A stretch of 64,000 nucleotides of DNA from Vicugna vicugna (Eukaryota): the NCBI GenBank assembly GCA_013265495.1, contig MU061464.1, positions 620,001 through 684,000 on the forward strand, written 5' to 3'. Below, one piece after another: positions 12,771 to 24,090 of the stretch (its first letter is position 1; each line of letters starts with the position of its first letter). The position numbers and the translations under genes were made by a program. The notes under the pieces were generated by a model. The model was given only the letters and a program-made list of their open reading frames with translations. It ran no database searches and was not told the origin of the DNA.

Positions 12771-14829
12771 TGGCCTGAGCCTGCCCTCCCTTCGTCTACA
12801 GACAGCCGGTTACGGGTGTGCCGCCAGCCTCACCGGGTGCTCCCTGCTTGTGTCCGTCAAGACCTGACTGTGAGGACGGCACTCATTTTCATTTCGGTTC
12901 AGCTACAGCTTGAAAAAATTAAAAAAAGAATTATCCAGCACTTTTGTATGCCTTTTCCTGGAAGGAGTTTTTGGCTTGCCACGTTGTTGAAACGAAAGTC
13001 GGAGTGACTTGCTTTTTCCTAATAGCATTTTCCTGTCAAAACAAACATGACTGTCAAACAAAACAGACACCGTTTCACCCCCGGACGTCCCCTGGTGTTG
13101 GAGGCGAGGGCGCTGGTCCCTCCTTGTTTTAAACAGCAGAAAGCAGCAGCGGGGAGCCCTGCAGGGAACGGGCGGCCTTCCTGAAGACCTCGCAACTCCC
13201 AGAGCCCGGAGCTTCCTGGAGATGCCGGCTTGGAGAGGGAGAGTTGGGTCTGAGCACCCAGCTCCTAGTCCTGGGTGCTCCCGTCCCATGGCTGAATTTA
13301 CCCAGTGAACTCCATGACGCGTCACTAGCCACGTGCACGGAGGCTTTCGACCTGCCCCATGAATCCGCTAGTGGAGAGTGGAGAAGCAGGGACAGTGCGG
13401 GCCTTGATTCTGACACAGGTCACACCGGCGACAGAGAGGCAGAGGTGGAAGCCTGGCCTGCCCGAGCATCCTCAGCGTGGGAGGGGAGGGGGGTGTTTCC
13501 CGCCAGCTCGGCCCGCGTGGCACACGGCCCCTCGATGAGATGCTCTCTGGAAATAGATGCGCTATTTGTCTCTGGGATAGAAGCAAGTAAGGAATGAAGA
13601 AACGCAGGGTATTCTCTGAGCCAGCACTTCGCAGACGGGGACTGGACGGCAGGTGCCTGTAAGACGTGACGGGGACGAGGAGACAGCAGCAGAGCTCTCC
13701 CTGCATGCAGTTTGCATGACCGTCTTGTTGTCAGACACGCAGGGTGTTGCGACTGCGCTACAGCCAGCACGTCTGCACACAGCTCTGTGACTGCATCTTG
13801 GGTTCCTTCCTGCGGGCAGATTCTCAGCAGGGGCTCAGGGCTCCAGCGCAGAGCGCGGTTAAGGCTCTTGGTGTCCGTGGACCAGGTGCAGTCACGGGGC
13901 AGAGGGCTCCGGGATCCACACTCCCCCAGAGGGGCCCCTGCGCGCTGCCGGCTCGGGGATGGCCACCACGAAGCTTTGGACAGACCGACAGACAAGAGCC
14001 TTTCTTTCCACGTAAGTTTCCTTCGTGATGACCAGTGCTGCTTTCCACGCTTAGAGGACATTCTACTGTTTGCTTACGCCTTTGCCCATTTGCATTGGTG
14101 CATCAGTTTGTTCTCATTTCCTCCGCGGACTTCTCCACGGCATGATGACGACCCCCTTCCTCCGTGTTGGCTGCACACACTGTTTCCTCGGCTTTTCTCT
14201 CGGCCTTTCAGTTGTCTCTGTAGTGGTGGGTGGACTTTGCCACTTTCCACCTGCATTTGTCCCCCCTTGCCAGTGGTCTAGGCCAGCGGGCACGTGGCCG
14301 CCTGGCCGGGGACCGCGGGTGCGCGCCCTGGCGCAGTTCCGTGGCGCCCCGTGGCTGAGCCCTGCCGAGGGCGCGGGGACGGAGTGACGGCTGCCACTGT
14401 CTGACCAGCTCTCTAAGGCGGCGGGTGCTTCCTTCCCCCGCCCCCCTGGGCTTCCCAGCTGGAAAACCAGATGTGGCCCGGGCTCAGCTTCCTCCCCCCC
14501 CAAGCGCCCTCGAAGCTGCGGAGCAGAGAACCAGTGGCGCAGAGACGGGAGCCCCGCGTGTTAGGAGGCGCAGGAGACCCGTGTTACTGACACGGCTTGT
14601 CTGCTACAGTTCAATGCTTTCTTACGTACCTTATGTCTAACAAGATTTTTTCTCAGCCTTTGTTCATTTTTACAACTGCTTAATAAATGCACATTATTTT
14701 ATTTTCACCTCTGCGCACGCTAAATTTCATTCTGCCAACGGTGCCAGTCAGGCCCCGGCGGGAAACGGACGGCAGGCCTGACTGGACAATTTGAAGAGTC
14801 TAAGAAAGAGACGGCTTCCAAGGGTGTGG

Positions 14830-15380
14830 GTGAGGGGCCGGGGAGACCCACGAGGGAAAGCCCCCCCGAAGACGCCCGGACTCCAGAGCCAGCGAGTTCC
14901 AGGCTGCACGACCGGGGTGGGGAGGGCTGGGCGCAGAGGGTCCCAGCCCCAGGCCGTGCCTTTGGCTGAAGAGACTCCCGGACCGCCCTGGGCGGCGGCC
15001 CCTCCCTCGCCCCGTCTCCTTCCGGTGCTTCCCGTGGGCCAAACGCAACTGGAGTCAAGGGCGAGGGCCCCGCAGCGGGGCGGGCGGGGCTGCCCTGACC
15101 AGGGGGGCGGGCGGGCCGGGCTGGCGGACGGAGACTCCGGCACAGCGGGCGCCGGTCAAACCCCGCCCTCGGCTGCCGGGCGGGGCTCCACGCGAGGGTG
15201 CGTTTCTGAGGAAGGGGAGGAGAAGCCAGCCCGAAGCGCCGGCGGCAGGCGGCGGCGGACAGGACGCAGCGCGGGCGCGCGGGGTGGCGGTGGGGGGCGC
15301 CCTGGGCTGGGCGAGCTTCTGCCCCAGGCGCGGCGCCAGTAAGAGTCGGAACCTCCGTGCCTCCCAGTCACTCAAGGAGC
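14830..15380 (+). promoter_or_regulatory. CpG-island promoter (TATA-less, multiple Sp/KLF GC boxes)
   Basis: Very high GC and CpG density; GGGCGGGGC at 15082-15090 and 15178-15186, CCCCGCCC at 15161-15168. CpG-rich flank extends to about 14280. Confidence 0.8.
15200..15338 (+). other. Putative non-coding first exon (start approximate) ending at donor CCA|GTAAGA
   Basis: GGC-repeat-rich 5'UTR-like sequence downstream of the GC boxes, no ATG, GT at 15339-15340. Confidence 0.5.
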
Positions 15381-18301
15381 TTCCAGCTCACCGTCCAGAG
15401 CAAAGCTGGGCCACACCACCCACGTCTGCCGCTGCTTTGCTCAAGGGAGCTCGCAGGAATTCCTCACCCGCGCAGTCCAGACAGCCAGTGAACCTCCGCG
15501 CTGTGTCGTCTTCACACCACCTCCCTCCTCCAGGCCCCCCAGCGCCCCTCCCCGATGCGCACTCCCTCCTTTCACACAGGCCCTCGGGGCAGGCTGCGTT
15601 TCTTTAGTTCCCACTGATTTTCTCTAGAGAATCTCCCAGGGTGACTTTTTCCAGAGTCTCGGGGAAAGGACATCGGGTGAGCAGGCAAGACGCGGAGCCT
15701 CCGAGGCAGGCAGAGGGAGCGGAGCGCTGCGGACGCGTTAGCACAGTCTCCCGTCTCCTCCTCTCCCTTCTGTCTAACCCCTTCGCCCTACCTAGAAGGG
15801 AGGAGAGGGCTTGGTGAACAGGCTGCCAGGGTCTGCCCAGCAGTCTGGACGGCTGTGCGCGTCTGTCCCGTGAGGGGTGCAGCAGCCTGGAGATCCACCG
15901 AGGGGAGAGCGTTGGCAGGAGCGCGGCTGTTACCACTGCAGCTGCACGGTGGGGCCTGGCACCCCAAGAGCAAGCCTGCAAAGGTGTGTGAGTTTTTCCC
16001 ACAGGAAGGTTTTTAAGCCTAGTTCTTCCTTCTGAGGGAGGAGTGCACACCTGGAGGAACGAGCAGGTGGAGTGAGGGCCGCGGTCTTGGCTGGGAGTGG
16101 GTGGGCCGGGGGGTCGGTGGTCGTGGTTGGACCTGCCACCCCTGGTGCTTGTGAGCCCCCAGGAGCCTGCCTTGAGGCGTCCCCAGGGCTCCTGTGAGGA
16201 CTGCGAGTCTGCCATTTACTGGGGCTTTGCAAGGGCTGTGTGTGGTGGCAGCATTATGTCTTTCCTGGCCTGCCAACCTGATTTCACGGAGTTTTTGAAA
16301 AACAGTCCCCCCAGGGAAGTCCATGGCTGTTTTGACATTTGGGATAGAAAATATGTGCCACGTAACCTTTACATGAAAGGACTCATAGCCAGGGACAAAG
16401 CAAGCTGACTTATTTGCCTCCACATGAGCATGTGGGGTGGTGCTTAGAGCGACCCCTCGACATGAAGAAAGGACAGGCAGGGACACGGGGGAGACGGAGA
16501 GGGTGGAACAGAAGGTAGAAGTGAGAATGTGCACCTGAGGTCTCCCACCTGCGGACACACGCCTCCCGCTGTGAGTGTGGGGCCTGAGCAGCGCTCGTCA
16601 AACGTGAGGCTGTGAGCTGCCCCGGCCAGGGCCCCCTCTCTTCCCGGTCTCGGCTGGGGCCGGGGAGCTGGGGGCTGCTGGAGTCCGAGCACAGTTAGAT
16701 GGCAGGGGCAGCCCCCACCTGTTCGCCATCCGTCTGTGCCCCTGGTGAGCTCCGTGGGAGTTGTGCTTTTTGATAACGAAGAGGTGGCAGTGGGGAGCGG
16801 CTGGGCCCTCTCAGCTCCGGAGGACTCGCAAGACGGGACAGAGCCTTCGAGAGGGCAGCCACTCTCCCACGGCCTCCCCACTGGCTCGTCAGCTCCTTGG
16901 GCGCAGGGACTCTTACTGACTTTTGTGCCCCCCAAGTAACCGTAAAGCATCGTCAGGAGAACAGGAGCCTCCGCTGCGGGACGGAACCTGCATGGGAAGC
17001 ACGCCAACCACGGCAGGAAACGAGGCGGCCCCCGCTGGGCTCCTGGGTCGCTCCATGCTTTGGCCAAAAGACACAACGGAGTGGGAGCCGGCGGCCACAG
17101 CCTTCCCTCTGCCCGCCCTGTTTACCCAGGACTTTCTTGTATTGTATTCCCAGAGCCCGGCTGGCTTTAAAAGAAAAGGGAGAAGGTGGGAAGGGGACCC
17201 CTACCCCTCATTCACGTGGAGTGACTCCGCCTCTACCTGTTTGGTCGTAGTTCTGCGTAAAGTTTGTAAGAGCGACCACAGCCCTCCCTGCTCTTCCAGG
17301 ACTTCTGTTCAGAGGTGGCAGACCAGCCACGTGGAATTCTCTCCTCTTCCGTTTCCATTAAAATCATATTCAAAGGACAAAACCAAAGTTCTGTAAGCCC
17401 GCAGAGACAGAGAAGCATGAAGGAGGGAACAGACAGGAGAGGCTAAGCTTTCCCGGGAAGACTGGAAGTGGACGGAGAGGGGCGGGCGCATCAGCGGAGC
17501 AGGGGAAGTTACAGTGCGAGAGGGCAAACACGAGCGAGAAGTGAGCAGACCCACTCAGCAAAGCCCCGGGGGGACCCAGGGTGGGGACACCACGTAAGGG
17601 AGCGAGGAGACCAGGGGGAATCCGTGGGAGGCTCGTCGGGTGTGGGGCGCTTGGCTCCAGACCCCCGCACCGTCCGGAGCAGCCAGACTCGCTCCTCGGC
17701 TTCACCTCGCCCCCGCTACTCCCACAGTGCACCCCCACCCCCGCCACCTCGAGAGCAGAGGTTTAGTCTCCGGACACACTGACCCAGGGAGGCCTGGTTT
17801 GGGGAACCGGCCACATCAGAGGGCAAAGGTGGGGGGGCAGGAAGTAACAGCGTGATGAGAGGGACCCTGGCCTCCTCTCCACCCGGTGCACAGAAGAGAG
17901 GGTCCCCGGCACACGTGGCGCCCGGGCAGGAGTCTGGCGGCGCTTCCCTTAGGAACCTGGGGAAGCCCAGGAAAAAGGCTCCTGAGTGCTGACATATGCA
18001 GTTCCTTCATCTGAGAAGCCGGCCCCCTGCTTCCTCACCGATGACACAGCTCGAGCCGTGAAGGACTTTTCCACCATCCACGCAGAGTCCACGCAGAGCA
18101 ATCGCCCGTCGTCTTTTTCGTATCTCATGCTTGAACGTGGACAGAAGGTCAAGGACTCCCATGCATCTGGGGGAGACCTTCAGCATACAAGAGACTAACG
18201 TAAGGAGAACAGGACGCAGAAGCTGTAGCCTTTGCAGGATGAGGCTACGGGGTGGGGGAACGGAGGCTTTTTTGTCGTCACACAAAATGGACACTTTAAA
18301 C

Positions 18302-18473
18302 CAGTGGTTCTCAGCCTTGCTTGCACCAGACTCATCTGGGGGCTTTAAAAATGCTGATGTCTGCCCCCCCCAACCAAGAGAGTCTGATTTAATGAGTCAA
18401 GCTGAAGCCGGGTATTTAATTTTTAAGAGCCCCCCAAGAGGTTTTGCTGTACACCCCAGGTGGAGAACTGCTG
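18302..18473 (+). mobile_element. MER5A-type hAT-Charlie non-autonomous DNA transposon
   Basis: TIRs cagtggttctc / gagaactgctg; 8-bp TSD ctttaaac (18294-18301) versus ccttgaac (18474-18481). Confidence 0.85.
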
Positions 18474-18601
18474 CCTTGAACAATGGATATGTTTTGCTTT
18501 GCTTAATAAATAAAAGGTAATTTTTATTAAAATATTAAACTGCTTTCAAAAGGAAAAACCGGGCTAGAGGATGAAACCAGGGCCCCCTCCTGGTGCTCCG
18601 G

Positions 18602-18656
18602 CCCCCCCCCCCCCCCCCCCCGCCCCCCGCCCCCCCTCTCGCCCCCCAGGCCCCCC
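18602..18656. repeat. Poly-C/C-tract cluster (C20, C6, C7, C6, C6)
   Basis: Read directly from the sequence. Confidence 0.95.
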
Positions 18657-19329
18657 ACGCCCGTGCGCAGACCGCAGCCCGCCCGCCCCGCGGGCCTCGG
18701 ACCTTGGCGCTCCTTCCTTTGCTCAGCCCACTCTGAGGACACTCATGCTTAATTGCTTTTCTTTGCCTGTTGCTGTTGGAATTGTCCTTAAATGTCCTGT
18801 CCAGTTCCACCTGCCACGACCACCCAGCACAAAGCAAGGTTTCTCTTTGCTGATCTTCGCCGTCACTCACCCTCTGACTCATTTATTTCATGGGGAATGC
18901 CTTCGTCGCTGTGGGCGTCCAAACATAGCTAGGAAGTTGTAGCTTTGCCGGTTTGTCTGAGCTTCCCGGACTTGCCGTTGTTTGCACACACCACATTTTC
19001 AGTAGCTTACCATTTACCACAAACATTACTAACATCACTTTCTTGATTTTGGAGGCAGCTATGTGAGGTGAAGTAATCAATGTCCGATGTCACACACGAG
19101 CCAATGGAGCCTTGGGGAGATGGGGTGACCAGCCTCGGGTTTTCTGGGCTGGAGACGGCCAAGCTCGGACGTGAGCGCGGTCCCTGACGTCTGCTCAGGG
19201 TCTAGAACAACCCTCCGCCCCTGTTTTGAGATTTAAGTGGGCGGATGTTCTTGTTTTTCCAGTGGATTGTCAATACCTTGAGACTGAGAACCATATATTA
19301 TACTTTAAAAATTCGGTAACTGGTGCCAG

Positions 19330-19570
19330 TTCAGTGCCTGGCACACTACAGGCACCATAACAGTGTTTCGTCATCTGACTGCGGTGACAACAGTCGGGAC
19401 TACGAGCCGGGCCGGGTCTTTGCAGGGCCTACCTCACTTGACTGTTACAAAAAGTACGGGAACTGGCAGGTTGTTATTCTCATTTAAAAAACCAGTAACC
19501 AAACCTGACAACGTGACGGGACCTGCACAAGGCCATACGGCCTGTCAGAGTGGCGCTGAGACCGAACCCA
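19330..19570 (-). mobile_element. MIR SINE remnant
   Basis: cagtgcctggcacactacagg; gttattctcatttaaaaaacc...cctgcacaaggccatacggcctgtcagagtggcgctgagaccgaacccag. Confidence 0.5.
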
Positions 19571-19960
19571 GAACTGAGAGTCCAGAGCTCACAGCCTCCT
19601 CGCCTCCTTCCTTCTCCAGTGAAATCACCACGTGTGGCTCTCATCATGAAGCCACCTCAGCCCAGGTTTATGATCCTCACTCTTGAGAGGCCCCAGGACG
19701 CAGCCGGAAGGGGAGGCAGGACAGAGAGTTACTAATCTGGTGGCCGGTGCTCACCATCGGGGGCTCAGAGTGCCGCTGAGCGTGGACCCACGCGCGTGAA
19801 CACACCCCTGTGTCACCTTCGTCTGGTGGTCCACCCCCGTCTTCTGAAAATGCTGATGTGTTTGTCAGTCAAACTTTGTATCTTGTGGAAGAGAAAAAAT
19901 AATAGCCTGCAAACAGCGTTTGAACCTTGGCCTCCAACTTTTAGAAAATAAACATGCCCA

Positions 19961-20054
19961 GACACACACACACACACACACACACAAAGACACACACACA
20001 GACACACTCACAGACACACACTCACAGACACACACTCACAGACACACACACACA
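19961..20054. repeat. Imperfect (CA)n microsatellite with 12-14 bp cagaca(ca)cactca subunits
   Basis: Read directly from the sequence. Confidence 0.95.
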
Positions 20055-20124
20055 GGGCCTGGTCACGTGGCCGTGGCTGGGAAGTAAGTGTATCCCACCG
20101 CACTGATCTTACATCTTGTCGCAT

Positions 20125-20272
20125 NNNNNNNNNNNNNNNNNNNNNNNNNNNNNNNNNNNNNNNNNNNNNNNNNNNNNNNNNNNNNNNNNNNNNNNNNNNN
20201 NNNNNNNNNNNNNNNNNNNNNNNNNNNNNNNNNNNNNNNNNNNNNNNNNNNNNNNNNNNNNNNNNNNNNNNN
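20125..20272. other. Assembly gap (148 N)
   Basis: Run of N. Confidence 1.
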
Positions 20273-20464
20273 ACACAGCGCAGTCCACAAGCTTAAATAA
20301 TGGTGAAGAGCTGCTTATGGAGCGGGCTTTATTTATTCATCATTTCAAGTAAAGTTTCCGTTTTGATGGAGGGGAAGAAAAATCAAAGTACAGCCGTCAA
20401 GGGAGAAGCCTGAAGTATTGCTTTTCTATACTGAGGACTTGCAGGAAAAGGAGTCCATGAGAAT

Positions 20465-20645
20465 CTCGTCCAAGGTCAATCAATGCTGCGACCGCGGGCA
20501 CGTAAACAGCTAATGGATTGTGAAGACACACACCGGCGTTATGAATTTTTAAAGAGCGTCTCCTCAGCACAGAACCCCATAAATCAGTGATGACTTATTG
20601 GCCGGATCAATTATGCAAACTTTTAAAACATTTAATGACAGGTAA
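20465..20645. promoter_or_regulatory. Candidate TALE/HOX enhancer motif cluster
   Basis: TGATTTATGG (minus strand, 20577-20586), TGACAG 20636-20641, TGATTGAC (minus strand, 20475-20482), GTAAACA 20502-20508, CCAAGGTCA 20470-20478, in non-repeat DNA. Confidence 0.4.
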
Positions 20646-21596
20646 TGAACAGGTCTCCGGAGGACACCAGTCAACAGCGTTTCTGCGGCTGCAGTTACGT
20701 CTGCTTAAGTGAACTGGGCAGAGGCGGTGACTCCCAGGAAGTAATAAAAGTTAAACCTGAGAGGCTGCCTCAAATGAAAGCGAGCAACTGCCGCGGGCGT
20801 CACACCCACCGAGGCAGCCGGGAGGGCGGGGGGCCTCCCGGTGCGTTCGCAGTCCTGCAGGTTGGCTTCAGACCGGGTGTGCCCTTTGGGGGGAGCGTCT
20901 ATCTCCGCGCGTTTATTTGGAGGTTTTCTGGCAAAGGAATCCGAGCAGCAAGGAGACAGAGTTTTTGAAAGAAGGAAACGTACAGCTGGGTGGTGGCACA
21001 GACTGGTCCTCGTAATTGTTTATCTTGACGTTAGCCTTAAACACCAGTCGGAGGAAGAGACAGACAGGCGGAGCTGGGGCGACACTGCGGGACGGGACGC
21101 GGCGCAGCCTGGACGCCAGGGACAGAAGCCAAGTGCGGGCTGGCTGGTCCCACAGAAAGCCCCGCGGCACTGGCGGCCTCACAGCTGCGACTGCACGTTG
21201 AGACCCTGACCCGGGGACGCACGAAGGACCTCGGGGGGCAGGTTTCTGAACTTTATAGTCCTTTAGAATTTAAACATGGATTTTTTCCTTATTGCCTGAC
21301 GTCAAATAAGTCTTTAGATCATGAAAAAGGCAAGTGAAAGCAGGCGTTCTACCCCGAGCGCGGCTCCCTAAGCTTCAGCCGCCGCCGCTGCGCTGCTGTG
21401 TTCGCGCAGGAAAGCGTCGCGCAGGCCAGATCGGGCCTCCCAGGGGAACCTGAAACACGGAAGGTCCTCGTGCTCCTGTACTGCTCTCATTTCACTGCTC
21501 AGCAGGAGGACGGTGAAAACCAACAGTGTAAAGCACGTTGGTGGTGAAGTGCCCGAGCTCAAGCACCCCTGGCCTGGGGTTGTTCTCTGTGTCAGA

Positions 21597-21953
21597 GAAG
21601 CTTCCTTCGCGTGGTTACTGGATTTTCAAAGTATTTTTAGTTAAGTGGGAAGAAAGGAAATATCTTAAGAAATTGCTGATTCTTGGATGTTTCAGTTTCT
21701 CAGGAGGCTCTGCTAACTACCAGTCGCACAGAAGGAGCTTAGACGCTGTGTGTGTGCAGCAGGGCTAGCCCTCAGGAAGCTTCCTTCGCGTGGTTACTGG
21801 ATTTTCAAAATATTTTTCGTTAAGTGGGAAGAAAGGAAATATCTTAAGGACATTGCTGATTCTTGGATGTTTCAGTTTCTCAGGAGGCTTTGCTAACTAC
21901 CAGTCGCACAGAAGGAGCTTAGACGCTGTGTGTGTGCAGCAGGGCTAGCCCTC
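21597..21953. repeat. Tandem duplication, two copies of about 179/180 bp
   Basis: Copies start at 21597 and 21776 (gaagcttccttcgcgtgg...gggctagccctc) and differ at 5 positions including one indel. Confidence 0.97.
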
Positions 21954-22337
21954 CCCCGTAATGAGCAGCACGAGAGAACTGGGCGTAATTCATACCCCCA
22001 AACTGAGCGTACTGCCATATTCATATGCACGGCTAAGTAAGGCAGTTGAGTGCCCTAGCATCCAGACCCTTCATTAAAATGCACACGTCCCCACCTGTGT
22101 TGATAAACAGACAGGAGCTCAGGGCCGGGAGGTGAACAGACGTGGATTCAAACCCTAGATCTGACGTTTGCCGGCTGCAGGACCGTAGGCGCGCTCCCGA
22201 ACATCTCTCATTTTATATCCCCTTCTGTAAAACGAGTGGCATAATTTTTGCCTTGAAAGAAACAGCCAGCGTGTGAGGAGCCAGTCGCAGTGGCCGCTAC
22301 CTGTCACACCTAAAGCAGCCCTGGCAGCGACTATTAC

Positions 22338-22520
22338 GGAGCAGGATCGGGGCGGGGGCACTGTTAAGTTCAGGGAGCAGGACGGGGCGAGGTCACTGCT
22401 AAGTTCAGGGAGCAGGACGGGGCGGAGGGCACTGCTAAGTTCAGGGAGCAAGGTCGGGGCGAGGTCACTGCTAAGTTCAGGGAGCAGGATCAGGGCGGGG
22501 GCACTGCTAAGTTCAGGGAG
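22338..22520. repeat. GC-rich minisatellite, five copies of a 35-36 bp unit
   Basis: Core cactg(c/t)taagttcagggag starts at 22359, 22394, 22430, 22466 and 22502. Confidence 0.97.
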
Positions 22521-23349
22521 TGAGCCCTCTTCCACCAAGGACGCTGCCTTTTCCAGCAACAAGAGCAGTGAACACTGAGCGTCGGGTGCACAGGCCTCAC
22601 TGCGCCAGCGTGTCCGAGTCCGTCAGCCCTCTGATGCAGGCGTGATTACCACTGCTGTGCACGTGGGGGCTTTGATCTCAGAGAATCCACGAACCTGCCC
22701 CAAGCCCCAGGTGTGGAGCGGCAGCACTGGCGCCCAGCGGCGGGTCCGGCTGCGTCTGGCCGCAGCCCTCGGCGCCGGGAGCGCTCACCGGGCTAAGCTG
22801 AGGCCGAGGGGCTGCAGGTGCGCGCAGGGCCTCCCCCTGCTGAGGGGCACGGCGCGTGTAGAGGTAAAAGGGAGCAAGGTTCCCCAGAGCGGGGATCTCC
22901 TCGCAGTCTGGAAAGGCAAGTAAGTGTCACCACAGTGGTCACAGGGCTGACGGTCGTCCCAAGTGTGAAGGAGCGAGAGGCGACGGTGGGCGGCCCCAGC
23001 GCACAGCCTTGTGTACATGACTCGGCGAGTAATTCCATCAGACAGGAGTCGTGCTGTGAGTAGTAAACGGCCTGCTTCTCTGACCCGGGGTCTTGTGTCC
23101 TCTGTCAGTTTATGTGCATAAGAGGACGGAGGGCTAACCTGTTAGCTTCCAAGGAGGGTGAAGCCACAGCCCCTTCACAGCTCTGACTTAACACTGAGAA
23201 GGAGAGGTCACGGCTGTCACACCGCCACACGGAGGGGGACATCAGAAGTGCCCCCGACACATAAGACTTCAGAGGTTCTAGCAGAATGAAGGGTGTGGCG
23301 CGGGATGGTGGAGACAGAAGTTCCAGCAAGTCTTATGCTTGGGCCTCTA

Positions 23350-24090
23350 TTCTCATAAAGATAAGAGCTGGAGAGATAGATGTAAATTAAAACCCAGTCA
23401 AATGCCACTTCACAGCCATCAGAACGGCAAATATGAAGATGCCAGGCACACCCAGTGAGGAGCGAAGGGGCCCGCACGTCGCTGGTGGGCACGTCAGCTG
23501 CAGTGCCTGGCGCGTCGGAGGCCGTTTGGTGACCCTAATGAAGCTGAAGACGCCAGCCCAGAGTGCCTGGCACTGCTCCCAGGTGCACGCCCTGGAGAAA
23601 CCGTCACACAAGTTACACATGGAAGAATATTCATTGTAGCAGCTTTTATTAGTGGAAACAGAAAAAACCTTAATATCTATAAAAAGGAGAATGAATAAAT
23701 AAATTAAGGTAAATCCATACCACCTGGCAGCTTAAGTGAGTAAACCAAACGGCACGTCTCACTATGGATACAACTCAAACACAGAATTTTAAACTAATAA
23801 AAGTAAGTTGGTGACGTACACTTGGAGCATGATGTCATTTGTATAAAGGTTTAGAACACAGACAGTGGTATACATTTTAGGGACACACTTACCTGTACTA
23901 AAGGTATGAAAATATGCGAGGGTGAGCGTTTGACAGCAGGAGCAGGAGGGGCTGGGACACGGCACTTGCTCACAGAGGTTCTTCAGCCGCAGGTGCGATG
24001 CGCTATTTTTAAGCCTAGTGGCCAGGAATGAAGTGTCTGTTGCATTTCCTTCTGTATCTTCTGTGTCTGAAATATTTCATAAAAATCGCT
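23350..24090 (+). mobile_element. Old L1 (L1ME/MC-type) ORF2 end plus 3'UTR, with a GC-shifted 5' half
   Basis: atgtaaattaaaacccagtcaaatgccacttcacagccatcagaacggcaaa...gctggtggg...ctggagaaac; 3'UTR-like end tctgaaatatttcataaaaa. Confidence 0.75.

Noticed and set aside
14791-15375. Long Gly/Arg/Pro-rich ORFs over the CpG island
   Set aside because: Expected artefact of extreme GC content; no ATG lies in the putative first exon.
22338-22520. CRISPR-like repeat appearance
   Set aside because: Mammalian DNA; the intervening segments are near-identical rather than unique spacers, and there are no cas genes.
22155-22578. Repetitive-peptide ORFs (LLSSGSR / LLPELSS)
   Set aside because: Translation of the 36-bp minisatellite on both strands.
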